The notes beneath the pieces are model-generated. The model worked only from the letters and a program-made list of their open reading frames with translations. It had not been told where the DNA came from and did not search any database. The translations under genes were made by a program, and so were the position numbers. From Clostridia bacterium (lineage in GTDB: Bacteria; Bacillota; Clostridia; CAKSNL01; HGM11501): a stretch of DNA of 54,611 bases. The stretch is from positions 1-54,611 of the forward strand of contig JAZQAZ010000048.1 of NCBI GenBank assembly GCA_045545475.1, read 5' to 3'. Below are positions 29,778-40,067 of this stretch, one piece after another. Every line of letters begins with the position of its first letter. The stretch's first letter is position 1.

Positions 29778-32027
29778 TTGTGGATTTCGGAAAAATGGAA
29801 AAAAGTAAATAAAGAAAAAATTTTAAGAGTAACCGTGTTGTTTCTTTTCTCGATAACGAAGCTATATGCAGATGTGGAACCTTTTGGCCTTCCGGCTTTG
29901 TGCATATGGGGAAAAAATCCGCTTGATATTCTTGTATGCACGATAGGATTACTTGTTTCAAACGTGGGATTTTCTGCATATTTAAGACACGTTTTTGCAA
30001 TGGTGATTTTTAAAATTTCTGAGCGTTTTTTGAAAGATGTCCTTCCTGAATTTATCATTATGGGGAGCTCGGTTTTGCTTGGGGGTGCATTATCTCTCTT
30101 TTTACTGAAAGAAAAAAGCTTGGTTCTTTATTCCTTCGCAGCGGCAGAAGCCATAACTTCCGCTGTTTTTATATTCGTTTTCAGAAAGACAAAGGAAGTT
30201 TTAAGAGCAAGGAATAGAGGCGAGATTATAACAGAGGGAGAGCTGAGTTTTCCTTTGATTTCGGGAATGGTGCTGTGTCTGGCGTTTTCGGGGATTGATT
30301 TTTGGAGAATGTCTGTCTCGTGTATGCTCCTTATTCTTTTCGGAATGGTGGCATCGTATAAATACAGAGCTCCTGTAAGTGCGATGGTAAACATGGCGGC
30401 AGGTTTTTTGTGCCTTTCTTTCACTCCGGGAAATGCGGCCGTTTCACTGTATCTTATACTTTCCGGATTTTGTGCTTCCGTGCTCAAAAAATACGGAAAA
30501 TTTCTTATTCCCGTTACATACATGGTGCTTTTTCCGATTTTTGCTTCGCTAAAGGTTAATACTACGAGTATTTATCTTGAAGATATTACGGTGGCATCTG
30601 TGATTTTTCTGCTTTTGCCGGCCAAAATTTACGGCTACTTTGAAGCTATTCCTTACACGAATACGGAGGAAGCTTCGGTTCAAAGAATTTCTGAAAAAAT
30701 AAGCATTGCATCAGACACCTTTTATTCCATTTCGGAAATATTTTCAGGAATGGAGTTTTGCACTTTCGAAAAAGAGGAAAAGGATGCACCAAGGCTTACT
30801 GTGGAAAGTGTATGTAGCGATTGCGTATTTAAGGGTAAATGCAGTGAGGAAGCGGAAAAGGTACTTAGAGCGTATACCTCCGGGAAAGAAAAATTCAACG
30901 AACAGAGGATAACCTGCACACGAAAGAGAGAACTTCTGTCGGCCTTTTCCGGTAATTACAGGGTTCTCAGAATGGAAAACATGCTAGACAGTCACATCAA
31001 AGAGGCGAATGCGGCTTTAAGTGAAGAAATGATTTGCATTGCCGAACTTTTAAAGGGGATTGCATGCAGAGAAGAAACCATGCTTAAAAGAGACAAAACA
31101 GCAGAAAACGAGCTTTACAGAACATTGAAAAAAGGTGGAATTAGGGTAAAGAGCATTGTTGCCGGGAAAAATACGAAGGGATTGATGCATGTTATAATCA
31201 ATATGTATCCCTGTAAAGGATGTGATTTTTGCGACGAGTATGTGCCTTCTTTAATAAAAGAAACGCTGGGCATTAATGTTATCCGCTACGGAAGCAAGAG
31301 ATGTGAAGCCTGCAAGGTAACATACTGCGAAACACCGGCCCTTAAAATTGAAACGGCAATGGCGGGAAGAGCATCTTCTGAAATATCCGGAGACAGTGTA
31401 GATTTTTCTTATGTGGATGATGAACATTTTGCTGTAGTACTGTCGGACGGGATGGGAACCGGCAATCTGGCGGGATATAAAAGCAGAGCGGCATCTAAGC
31501 TTTTACTTGAGCTTCTTTCTGTGGGAATGAGTATAAATTCGGCTTTGGAAATGGTAAATGCTATGCTTCTGAGGCAGAGTGGCAGGGACTTTGTTACTCT
31601 GGATACGGCTCTTTTGAATCTTGAAACAGGAGAGGTGGAATTTTCTAAAAATGCCTGTGCGTCAAGTTATATATTAAAGTGTGGGGGAAGGGTTATCCCG
31701 CTTGAACTTTGCGGAAGTCCATTGGGGATTGTGGGCAAGGTTCAGTCCGGAACAAGAAAATATCGCATAGCGGAGGGTGATTTCCTCATTATGGTATCGG
31801 ACGGAGTTGCGGATTGTTTTTGCGGAAAAGAGTCTCTGAAAGGAAAAATAGAGGAGTTTATTCCGGGGTCTGTAAAAAATCTTGCAGACTATATTTTGGC
31901 AGAAGCAGTTCATATTAAAGGAAAAAATATTACGGATGATATGACGGTGGTTGCGGTCGGATGCATAAAAAAGCAAAAAAGTGGTAAAACTAAAGAAAAA
32001 GGAGGTCAGGTATATGAGAAGCGATAA
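29778..32027 (+). CDS. spoIIE: Stage II sporulation protein E (membrane PP2C phosphatase)
   Basis: Multi-TM N-terminus, Cys-containing middle domain, PP2C motifs SGDS, LSDGMGTG, TLD, MVSDGV, DDMTVV; start uncertain (TTG 29778 after GGGAG, or GTG 29769). Confidence 0.8.
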   Translation: MWISEKWKKVNKEKILRVTVLFLFSITKLYADVEPFGLPALCIWGKNPLDILVCTIGLLVSNVGFSAYLRHVFAMVIFKISERFLKDVLPEFIIMGSSVLLGGALSLFLLKEKSLVLYSFAAAEAITSAVFIFVFRKTKEVLRARNRGEIITEGELSFPLISGMVLCLAFSGIDFWRMSVSCMLLILFGMVASYKYRAPVSAMVNMAAGFLCLSFTPGNAAVSLYLILSGFCASVLKKYGKFLIPVTYMVLFPIFASLKVNTTSIYLEDITVASVIFLLLPAKIYGYFEAIPYTNTEEASVQRISEKISIASDTFYSISEIFSGMEFCTFEKEEKDAPRLTVESVCSDCVFKGKCSEEAEKVLRAYTSGKEKFNEQRITCTRKRELLSAFSGNYRVLRMENMLDSHIKEANAALSEEMICIAELLKGIACREETMLKRDKTAENELYRTLKKGGIRVKSIVAGKNTKGLMHVIINMYPCKGCDFCDEYVPSLIKETLGINVIRYGSKRCEACKVTYCETPALKIETAMAGRASSEISGDSVDFSYVDDEHFAVVLSDGMGTGNLAGYKSRAASKLLLELLSVGMSINSALEMVNAMLLRQSGRDFVTLDTALLNLETGEVEFSKNACASSYILKCGGRVIPLELCGSPLGIVGKVQSGTRKYRIAEGDFLIMVSDGVADCFCGKESLKGKIEEFIPGSVKNLADYILAEAVHIKGKNITDDMTVVAVGCIKKQKSGKTKEKGGQVYEKR

Positions 32028-32283
32028 AAAAGTAATTATTCTGGATAATATAAAGTCCGACTGCATAGAGCAGGCTATGTTTATATTAAAGGATTCACGT
32101 CCTGAAAACATTGATGCCGTCCGCGAAGCTGAAAGAATCGTTGAAAATTATACGAAAAGATACCATTATACCTTATATTCAAAAATGCTTAAAAAGAGAA
32201 AGGTTTCGGGAGCTGTACTCGCCGGAATTATTTTGGGATGTACGGCTTTTCTTGGAGTGGCTCTGGTTATGTGGATTATATAA
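32014..32283 (+). CDS. Small hypothetical protein with C-terminal TM helix
   Basis: AGGAGG RBS, overlaps the spoIIE end; VIILDNIKSDCIEQAMFILK segment. Confidence 0.75.
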   Translation: MRSDKKVIILDNIKSDCIEQAMFILKDSRPENIDAVREAERIVENYTKRYHYTLYSKMLKKRKVSGAVLAGIILGCTAFLGVALVMWII

Positions 32284-32319
32284 AAATATGCACTTACCTC
32301 GTGGTAAGTGCATATTTTT
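32282..32319. terminator. Bidirectional intrinsic terminator
   Basis: AAAAATATGCACTTACC-TCGT-GGTAAGTGCATATTTTT. Confidence 0.85.
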
Positions 32320-33382
32320 ATATTTCTGTGGTTATTGCCATTCCGGTCTTGGCTGATTCAAAGCATGCTTCCATTACCTTTACAACTCTTAAGGCTTGTT
32401 CGGGCTTAATGGTAAGCTCGGCTTTTCCTTCGATGGCGTTTATCATCTGACGATAGGTGGGATTTAAGTTATCCTCCACATCTGTGGGAGCCGAAATGTG
32501 GATTGTATCCACTGTATCGGGATCACGGGGGGCCATGGTCTTGGAGGGGCCGACTTTATTTTTTGCAATTTCTGCTCCCCAGGTGGACTGACGGTCTTTG
32601 CATCTTACAATTGTTCCTTTGCAGTCCCAGTCTCCGATTTCAAGGGAGCCTTCCTTGCCTAAAACATACCATCTGGGATGCTTTATGAAGTTATTGGTAG
32701 AAACCTCGATATAGGCAGTAACGCCGTTGGAAAGGGTTAATACCAGGTGAAAATTATCGTCAACCTCGGCGTAGTTTATGTTGTACATCTTGCAGAAGAT
32801 GTTTTTGACTTTGGCATCAGGATACATATACATAATCTGATCGATTAAGTGAACACCCCAGTCAAGCATCATTCCGCCGCCCTGGGCTTTGTCTGTTCTC
32901 CAGCCTTTCGGAAGACCGCGGGAACCTTCGACACGGGACTCTATTAAGTAAACATCACCAAGTAAGCCTGCTTCCACATTACGCTTCATAAGTATAAAGT
33001 CCTTATTCACACGACGATTCTGGTCTATAGTGAAGATTTTTCCTTCTTCTTTGGCAACCGCCATAATTTCAAGGAGATCATCGGAGGTTATGGTAACAGG
33101 CTTTTCGCAAAGCACGTGCTTTCCGCTTTTGAGTGCATTTATGCAAAAATCCTTATGAAGGTGGTTGGGAACCGCAACAAGAACAATGTCTATTTCAGGA
33201 TCGGAATAAATTTCTTCTGCCGAGCTGTAAACATAAAGTCCTTTCTCTGTTGCAACAGCCTGTCTTTCCGGATTTATGTCGTATATACCTTTTACCTTGA
33301 TGATGTCTGTAAGCTCTTTTGACTGAGTAAGGTGGTGACCTGCCATTCCGCCGAAGCCTATAAATGCAACATTATGTACCAT
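32318..33382 (-). CDS. Gfo/Idh/MocA family oxidoreductase
   Basis: IGFGGMA Rossmann motif, KHVLCEKP, GGMMLDWGVHLID. Confidence 0.93.
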   Translation of the reverse strand: MVHNVAFIGFGGMAGHHLTQSKELTDIIKVKGIYDINPERQAVATEKGLYVYSSAEEIYSDPEIDIVLVAVPNHLHKDFCINALKSGKHVLCEKPVTITSDDLLEIMAVAKEEGKIFTIDQNRRVNKDFILMKRNVEAGLLGDVYLIESRVEGSRGLPKGWRTDKAQGGGMMLDWGVHLIDQIMYMYPDAKVKNIFCKMYNINYAEVDDNFHLVLTLSNGVTAYIEVSTNNFIKHPRWYVLGKEGSLEIGDWDCKGTIVRCKDRQSTWGAEIAKNKVGPSKTMAPRDPDTVDTIHISAPTDVEDNLNPTYRQMINAIEGKAELTIKPEQALRVVKVMEACFESAKTGMAITTEI

Positions 33383-33429
33383 GGTAATTACCTCGCTGAT
33401 TCGTTAGTTTTTTTGTTTGTGGAATTTAA

Positions 33430-33843
33430 TGCACAAAATCCTGTTCGGATTTTGATTCTGTTCGGTTTAGCTGAATTGCTTCGCTGCTTGCTACGCAACT
33501 ATTCAGCTAAACTCCCATAAATAAATTTCTTCGTTGAAATTTATTTATTCAAAGCTATTCGCCTCACGGTCGTTTTGCACAACTCTCGCTAAAAATTTTC
33601 TTTATTGAAATGGTGATACAAGCCCTATCCGGGCTGTATCAGCTTAAGTTTCACAGAATTACTCAGCTATTCGCTTCGTGACCATTCTGCGAAACTCTCG
33701 CTAAAAATTTCTTTGTTGAAAATTACGAAGCAATTCGCAATTTGCTCATTGCTTTTTTTGTTGCACAAAACTGTTCGGCTATTCGCCTCACGGTCGTTTT
33801 GCACAACTCTCGCTAAAAATTTTCTTTATTGAAAATTTTTAGC
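33430..33843 (-). repeat. Array of modular hairpin repeats (112-bp period)
   Basis: 57-bp block identical at 33554-33610 and 33778-33834, variant at 33666-33721, diverged unit at 33464-33550. Confidence 0.9.
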
Positions 33844-34809
33844 TTAAATCCACCACATATCGCCTGAAGACTGATAGATTAAAACTTCCTTAAGGAAGGA
33901 AACCGCCTTCTCAAGGCCTTCTGTGGGACTCATTAAAGCATCTTCGTGCTCGATGGAAATTGCTCCGTCATAGCCTGTTAACTTAAGAGCACTGATGATG
34001 TTGTTCCATACTTCCTTGCCGTGACCGTAGCCGACGGTTCTGAACTGCCATGAACGGCCGGCCAGATCGCCATAGCTCTTTGTATCCAGAACACCGTTTA
34101 TTTCGGTGTTTCTTCTGTCAATTATTGTATCCTTTGCATGGAAGTGGTAAATGGCACCCTTTAATGCAACTATTGCCGCAGCGGGATCAATTCCCTGCCA
34201 GAAAAGATGGCTGGGGTCAAAGTTTGCACCGATGATGTCACCCACCGCATTTCTTAATTTGAGTAATGTTTCGGGATTATAAACAGCAAAGCCTGGATGC
34301 ATCTCAAAAGCAATTTTCTTAATACCGTGAGCCTTGGCGAATTCAGCCATATCCTTCCAGTAGGGGATGATTTTTTCTTCCCACTGCCACTTTAAGATAT
34401 CTCCGTATTCGTTGGGCCAAGCGCAGGTTACCCAGTTGGGATTCTTGGATTCTTCGCAGTCACCGGGGCAACCGGAAAATCCAATTACGGTATCAACACC
34501 GAGAGCTTCTGCCGCAAGGATTGCGTTTTTGAATTCATTGTGGAATTTTTCTGCAATTTCCTTTGTAGGGTGAAGGGGGTTGCCGTGACAGCTTATTGCT
34601 GAAATTGTGATTTCGTATTTTTCGAGTAAAGCCTTATATTCTTTCGTTTTTTCCGGATTTCCGATAAGCTCTTCAGGCTTTAAGTGTGCATTTCCGGGAT
34701 AGCCACCTGCACCGATTTCGATGCAATCAACACCGAGGGAGTGAAGATAGGAAAGTGCATCCTCAAATTTGTAAGAACTTAAAACGGGATTCATAACGCC
34801 GAGTTTCAT
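33844..34809 (-). CDS. Sugar phosphate isomerase/epimerase (xylose-isomerase-like TIM barrel)
   Basis: FEMHP, NFDPSH, HFHAKD, SIEHED metal-binding motifs. Confidence 0.92.
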   Translation of the reverse strand: MKLGVMNPVLSSYKFEDALSYLHSLGVDCIEIGAGGYPGNAHLKPEELIGNPEKTKEYKALLEKYEITISAISCHGNPLHPTKEIAEKFHNEFKNAILAAEALGVDTVIGFSGCPGDCEESKNPNWVTCAWPNEYGDILKWQWEEKIIPYWKDMAEFAKAHGIKKIAFEMHPGFAVYNPETLLKLRNAVGDIIGANFDPSHLFWQGIDPAAAIVALKGAIYHFHAKDTIIDRRNTEINGVLDTKSYGDLAGRSWQFRTVGYGHGKEVWNNIISALKLTGYDGAISIEHEDALMSPTEGLEKAVSFLKEVLIYQSSGDMWWI

Positions 34810-34918
34810 GAAAATTCCTCCTTAATATAGGTTTGATATAATTATACTACTAAGGAAAACTTTTTTCAATAACAATATTGACTTGTTTTTGAACTATATT
34901 GCTCTTTTAGCAAATAAT

Positions 34919-35160
34919 TTTCAAAAGAGAAAATTATTTGCGAGAGTTGTGCGAAACGGTTGCGACGCGAAAAGCGGAGCAGTTTCGTACAACAAGAAAA
35001 AGCAATGAGCAAATTGCGAATTGCTTCGTAAATTTCAATAAAGAAATTTTTATGCGAGAGTTGTGCAAAACGACAGTGAGGCGAATAGCCGAACAGTTTC
35101 GTGCAACAAAAACGTCAAAATGCAAAACGCATTTTGTACACTTGCCGATTTATCGGCAAA
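34919..35160 (+). repeat. Two-unit copy of the same repeat family in inverted orientation
   Basis: Reverse complement matches 33666-33834, including an identical ~35-bp linker; long hairpins at 34946-34993 and 35060-35107. Confidence 0.9.
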
Positions 35161-35177
35161 AAGCAATATGTATATTC

Positions 35178-36245
35178 TTAAAGAATAACCTCTTTTCCTG
35201 TTTTTGCGGATTCGTATATTGCACAGAGAATTTTAATCATGTTAAGGCCTTGCTGGGGAACGAAATTAGGCTCTGCATTGCCGTTTATTACTTCGGCAAA
35301 GTTGTGAAGCATACCTGCATGACGTTCGTACTTAAGTGGCTTGATATTGGGGAAAACGTCCATAATTGTGCCGTTTTCTTCGGTGAAAAGCTTTAATTTC
35401 TGGTCAAGATTGGTCCATTTCGCTCCTGCTTTTGAACCACGAAGCTCTACAAATCCGTATTCTGTTTCAATGTTTGAAGCCCATGAAAATTCTATCTGCA
35501 TACATGCACCGTTATCGAATTTTATAAAGCCCATGGCAAGATCTTCAACGTCAAAGGTTCCGCCCTCTTTCGCATCGCCGTAGCGTGATGCTGTGGACTC
35601 TTTCGTATCTTCACCTGCGAATTTATTATAAGTGCATCCGGTAACGGAAACGGGCTTTGGATTACCCATAAGCCACATGGTAAGGTCAATCATATGTACG
35701 CCAAGGTCTATTAAGGGCCCTCCGCCGGACATTGCTTTGGTTGTGAACCAGCCACCTTTTCCGGGGATGCCACGACGTCTTATCCAACCGCAACGTGTTG
35801 CGTAAATATCTCCCATTTTTCCGTCTTCTATATATTTTTTGAGGAACGGAGACATGGGGAGGTAACGGTTATTTCTCATAACCATAAGGGTCTTCCCGGA
35901 TTCTTTTGCCGCCTCGTTCATTTTGAGACATTCTTCTACACTGACAGCATCGGGCTTTTCACAGATTACATGAAGCCCCTTGTTAAGAGCTTTTACGGCT
36001 ATAATTGAGTGAAGGTAGTTGGGAGTTGCGATGTCAACGGCATCCAGAGACTCTTTTTCAAGGAGTTCTTCGTAATCTGTATAGGCTGTTGCACCGAAAA
36101 CATCTGCAAAATGCTCGGCTCTTTCTTTGATTATGTCGCAGGTGGCAACGACATCAAAATAGTCTTTAAGCTGTTCCAATGCGGGAGCATGTGCATAGCG
36201 GCATATTCCGCCACATCCGATTATTGCAAGTTTTATTTTACTCAT
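35178..36245 (-). CDS. Gfo/Idh/MocA family oxidoreductase
   Basis: IIGCGGI, LHVICEKP, RRRGIPG..WFT..SGGGPLIDLGVH. Confidence 0.93.
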   Translation of the reverse strand: MSKIKLAIIGCGGICRYAHAPALEQLKDYFDVVATCDIIKERAEHFADVFGATAYTDYEELLEKESLDAVDIATPNYLHSIIAVKALNKGLHVICEKPDAVSVEECLKMNEAAKESGKTLMVMRNNRYLPMSPFLKKYIEDGKMGDIYATRCGWIRRRGIPGKGGWFTTKAMSGGGPLIDLGVHMIDLTMWLMGNPKPVSVTGCTYNKFAGEDTKESTASRYGDAKEGGTFDVEDLAMGFIKFDNGACMQIEFSWASNIETEYGFVELRGSKAGAKWTNLDQKLKLFTEENGTIMDVFPNIKPLKYERHAGMLHNFAEVINGNAEPNFVPQQGLNMIKILCAIYESAKTGKEVIL

Positions 36246-36471
36246 AAAAATCACCTTTCTTATCAATTTGGGCAATAATTGCCGGAATTTGTGTTTTTAG
36301 ACACTGCAAGGTCATTATAAAGTATCTGATTTTCCTTTTCAAGCCGAAATCGGACATTTTTCGTATAAAATCGGATACTCTTAAAGAGCGTGAATGGAAA
36401 TAATACTTGTCAAAAGCTATATTTTGTAGTATAATATATACTTGGTAAGAAGTGTGAAAGGAGACCGCTTT

Positions 36472-36888
36472 ATGTATATACCGCATAAACAGTATGAGCC
36501 GAATGCATCGGAAATGAATGATTTACTTGAACGGAAAAAGCATGAAGAGGAAATGGAAAAAGCATTCAAGAGGATGGAAAATGCAAAACGAAGAAAAAAG
36601 AAAACCTTTCTGTGTGCTGCTACAGGAGCAATTATAGGTATTTTGTATATAGTGTATATAGCTCTCGGAATCCAGTGGATTGATGATTTAATTTCAGCAT
36701 TGGCAGGCACAAATGCTATAGTGAGATTTATTCTTGATTTTCTTCCGCCTATACTTATTACCGGGATAATAGCATATTTTATTGCGAGAAAAGAAAAAGG
36801 TACGGTAACTTATGTTTTCAGTGCAATATCTGTTTTCATGGTGGTGTTATTGGTATTTTTAGTATATGTGAGCCTTATGGTTAGATAA
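36472..36888 (+). CDS. Hypothetical membrane protein (about 3 TM helices)
   Basis: AAAGGAG RBS; hydrophobic segments after a charged N-terminus. Confidence 0.75.
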   Translation: MYIPHKQYEPNASEMNDLLERKKHEEEMEKAFKRMENAKRRKKKTFLCAATGAIIGILYIVYIALGIQWIDDLISALAGTNAIVRFILDFLPPILITGIIAYFIARKEKGTVTYVFSAISVFMVVLLVFLVYVSLMVR

Positions 36889-36909
36889 GCAAAAGAAAGA
36901 AGGTAATTT

Positions 36910-37770
36910 ATGGCTAAGATAAAAATTATATGCGACAGTGCGGCAGACATCCCTGCAGAAACAGCGGAAAAACTCGGAATAAGGGTTATGCCTTTGTGGT
37001 ATACCTTTGATGGGGAGAACTATCTGGCAGACGGAATTGACATGACAAAAAGAGAGTTTTTTGATAAAATGAGAGAAGATAAGATTTTGCCTAAAACTTC
37101 TCAGGTAACAGCACCTCAGTGGGAGCAAGCTTTTCGGGAAGAACTTGAAAATGCGGATTCGATTCTCTGTTTTACCATGAGCTCTGCGGCAAGCGGAACA
37201 TGTCAGTCTGCAAATATTGCAAAAAACGAAGTTCTTTCAGATAATCCCGATGCTGATATTACAATAGTTGATTCTATGGCCCTCTCGTTTACCTACGGTC
37301 TTGCGATAACAAAGATTGCACCAATGGTAAATGAAGGAAAGAGCGTTGAAGAAATTATAGAAGAATATGAAAGAATAATGTCAAAAGAGGTTTATTTCTT
37401 CCTGGTTGAGGATCTTGAATTTCTTAAAAAAGGCGGAAGAATTAATCTTGCAACCCTGGCTTTGGCAAATATTATGGATATAAAGCCGGTTCTTACGCTT
37501 CGTGATGGACTTGTTGTGAGCTGTGACAAGATAAGGGGCGGAAAGAGATTATACGATAAATTTATGCAGATGTATAAGGACAAGGGCTATGTCCTTGAGG
37601 GAAAGGATATTTATGTTGTTCACTCCCTTACGGATGATAAGAGAGACAGCTTTGTTGAAGCAGCGAAAGAGGCGTTTAATCCTGCATCTGTAACTGTGAT
37701 TGAGCTTGGTGCAACCATCGGTTCCCACGCGGGGCCCGGGCTTTCTGCAGTAGTGTATATAAAAGATTGA
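36910..37770 (+). CDS. DegV/FakB fatty-acid-binding protein
   Basis: ICDSAAD, PKTSQ, SGT, LKKGGRI, IKPVL, IGSHAGPG motifs. Confidence 0.93.
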   Translation: MAKIKIICDSAADIPAETAEKLGIRVMPLWYTFDGENYLADGIDMTKREFFDKMREDKILPKTSQVTAPQWEQAFREELENADSILCFTMSSAASGTCQSANIAKNEVLSDNPDADITIVDSMALSFTYGLAITKIAPMVNEGKSVEEIIEEYERIMSKEVYFFLVEDLEFLKKGGRINLATLALANIMDIKPVLTLRDGLVVSCDKIRGGKRLYDKFMQMYKDKGYVLEGKDIYVVHSLTDDKRDSFVEAAKEAFNPASVTVIELGATIGSHAGPGLSAVVYIKD

Positions 37771-37881
37771 CAAAATAATAACAAGAGATAGGCTAACTTT
37801 AGGAATATTTTAACTTGAATTAAAGGAAAAATATGTGTATAATAGTATCATATGATAAGAGAATAGAAAGGATGGATAAAA

Positions 37882-39174
37882 ATGAACAAAAAGACAGTCA
37901 GAGACATTGATGTTAAAGGCAAAAAAGTTTTGGTAAGATGTGACTTCAACGTACCTATGAAGGACGGTGCAATCACAGATGACAAGAGAATTGTAGGAGC
38001 ACTTCCCACAATTGAGTATCTTTTAGAGCAGGGTGCAAAGGTTATTCTTTGCTCTCACATGGGTAAGCCTCACGCTGTATTAACAGAAGGCTTTGGTCTT
38101 ACAAAGAAGGAAAAGGCAAAAGTTGAAGCTCTTCCCGAAGGCGAAAGAGAAGCAGCTAAGAAGGCTATGCTTGAAAAGGCAGCTAAAGAAGATCCCGTTA
38201 AGCTTACATTAAAGCCTGTTGCAGACAGACTTAATGAGCTTCTTGGCAACAAGGTTACATTTGCAACCGACATTATCGGTGAAGATGCAAAGGCAAAGGT
38301 AGCAGCACTTACCGAGGGAAAGGCAGTTCTTCTTGAAAACGTTCGTTTCGATGCAAGAGAAACAAAGAACGATCCTACTTTTGCGAAGGAACTTGCTTCA
38401 CTTGCTGAAGCTTATGTAAACGATGCATTCGGTGCAGCTCACAGAGCACACGCATCAACTGCAGGCGTAACAGAATTTATTCCCGGTGTATCCGGCTTCC
38501 TTATTGAAAAGGAACTCACCGTTATGGGCGAAGCATTGGAAAATCCCGCACGTCCCTTCATCGCAATTCTTGGCGGTGCTAAGGTTTCCGATAAGATCGG
38601 TGTTATCAATAACTTAATTGAAAAGGTTGATACATTAATCATCGGCGGCGGTATGGCATACACATTCTTTGCAGCACTTGGTAACACAGTTGGTACATCA
38701 ATTTGCGAAGAAGATAAGCTTGATCTTGCTAAAGAGCTTATGGCAAAGGCTAGAGAAAAGGGTGTTAACTTCCTTATTCCCGTTGACAACATCATCGGAA
38801 GAGAGTACAAGGAAGATACAACATTCATGAGAATTTATTCCGATTCTATTCCTGACGGATGGATGGGTCTTGATATTGGTAAGACAACTCAGGAACTCTA
38901 CGCTAAGACAATTGAAGGTGCAGGAACAGTTATCTGGAACGGCCCCATGGGTGTTTCCGAATGGGAAAACTTTGCAGGCGGAACAACAGCAGTTGCTGAA
39001 GCTATTGCAAAGAGCGGTGCAATCTCCATCATCGGCGGTGGTGACAGTGCAGCGGCAGTTAAGAAGCTTGGTTATGCCGATAAGATGACTCACATCTCCA
39101 CAGGCGGCGGTGCTTCACTTGAATTCTTAGAAGGTAAGGTTCTTCCCGGAATTGACTGCCTCCAGGATAAATAA
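37882..39174 (+). CDS. pgk: Phosphoglycerate kinase
   Basis: [47 protein letters not shown]. Confidence 0.98.
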   Translation: MNKKTVRDIDVKGKKVLVRCDFNVPMKDGAITDDKRIVGALPTIEYLLEQGAKVILCSHMGKPHAVLTEGFGLTKKEKAKVEALPEGEREAAKKAMLEKAAKEDPVKLTLKPVADRLNELLGNKVTFATDIIGEDAKAKVAALTEGKAVLLENVRFDARETKNDPTFAKELASLAEAYVNDAFGAAHRAHASTAGVTEFIPGVSGFLIEKELTVMGEALENPARPFIAILGGAKVSDKIGVINNLIEKVDTLIIGGGMAYTFFAALGNTVGTSICEEDKLDLAKELMAKAREKGVNFLIPVDNIIGREYKEDTTFMRIYSDSIPDGWMGLDIGKTTQELYAKTIEGAGTVIWNGPMGVSEWENFAGGTTAVAEAIAKSGAISIIGGGDSAAAVKKLGYADKMTHISTGGGASLEFLEGKVLPGIDCLQDK

Positions 39175-39183
39175 TTGAAAAAC

Positions 39184-39211
39184 GAGCCCGTCCGGAAGCG
39201 GACGGGCTTTT
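39184..39211 (+). terminator. Terminator-like hairpin between pgk and tpiA
   Basis: GAGCCCGTCCG-GAAG-CGGACGGGCTT-TT. Confidence 0.65.
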
Positions 39212-39258
39212 AGGGTTATTAACTAAGAAACTATTTATATATTGAAAGGGTGTTTATT

Positions 39259-40008
39259 ATGGCAAGAAAGATACTTGCAGCAGGTAACTGGAAAATGAAT
39301 AAAACCGCATCGGAGGCAGCTTCCTTCATTAAGGAACTCGCCGAGAGCGTAAAGGGTGCAAAGAACGAAGTTTTAATCTGCGTTCCTTTCACAAATCTTG
39401 AAACAGCTGTTAAGCTTACAGAAGGAACAAACATTTCTGTAGGTGCTGAAAATATGGACTATCACGACAGCGGTGCATACACAGGCGAAGTAAGTGCTGA
39501 TATGCTTCTTGACCTCGGCGTTAAGTACGTTGTAATCGGTCACTCCGAGAGAAGAGAATATTACAATGAAACAGACAAAACCGTTAACGCTAAGGTATTA
39601 AAGGCAATCGAAAAGGGTATCACTCCCGTTCTTTGCTGTGGCGAAAGCTTAGAGCAGAGAGAAGACAACATTACCTTTGAATGGGTAAGAATGCAGATTA
39701 AGATTGCTCTTAAGGGCTTATCCGCTGAAGATGTTAAGAAGGTTGTTATCGCTTACGAACCCATCTGGGCTATCGGAACAGGAAAGACAGCTACTAACGA
39801 GCAGGCTGACGAAGTTTGTGCAGACATCAGAGCTTGCCTTCGTGAAGTATACGGCGACGATGTTGCTGACAACACAAGAATCCTCTATGGCGGAAGCGTA
39901 AATGCAGGAAACGCTGCTGAACTCTTCGCTATGAACGATATCGACGGCGGTCTTGTTGGCGGTGCAAGCCTTAAGGTTGCTGACTTCACAACAATCGCTA
40001 ACGCATAA
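39259..40008 (+). CDS. tpiA: Triosephosphate isomerase
   Basis: [37 protein letters not shown]. Confidence 0.98.
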   Translation: MARKILAAGNWKMNKTASEAASFIKELAESVKGAKNEVLICVPFTNLETAVKLTEGTNISVGAENMDYHDSGAYTGEVSADMLLDLGVKYVVIGHSERREYYNETDKTVNAKVLKAIEKGITPVLCCGESLEQREDNITFEWVRMQIKIALKGLSAEDVKKVVIAYEPIWAIGTGKTATNEQADEVCADIRACLREVYGDDVADNTRILYGGSVNAGNAAELFAMNDIDGGLVGGASLKVADFTTIANA

Positions 40009-40067
40009 AAGATGAAGATAAAAGCCGGAGCAAAAGCTTCGGCTTATCTTAAGAAAGGATTGATTTT

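Noticed and set aside
33554-33834. CRISPR array (regular period, identical 57-bp blocks)
   Set aside because: The repeats are too long, the intervening segments are hairpins reused at another locus, and no cas genes are in the window.
34934-35396. ORF-track ORFs 34938-35396 (+) and 34934-35125 (-)
   Set aside because: They are translations of the non-coding repeat array, lack an RBS, and one overlaps a real gene antisense.
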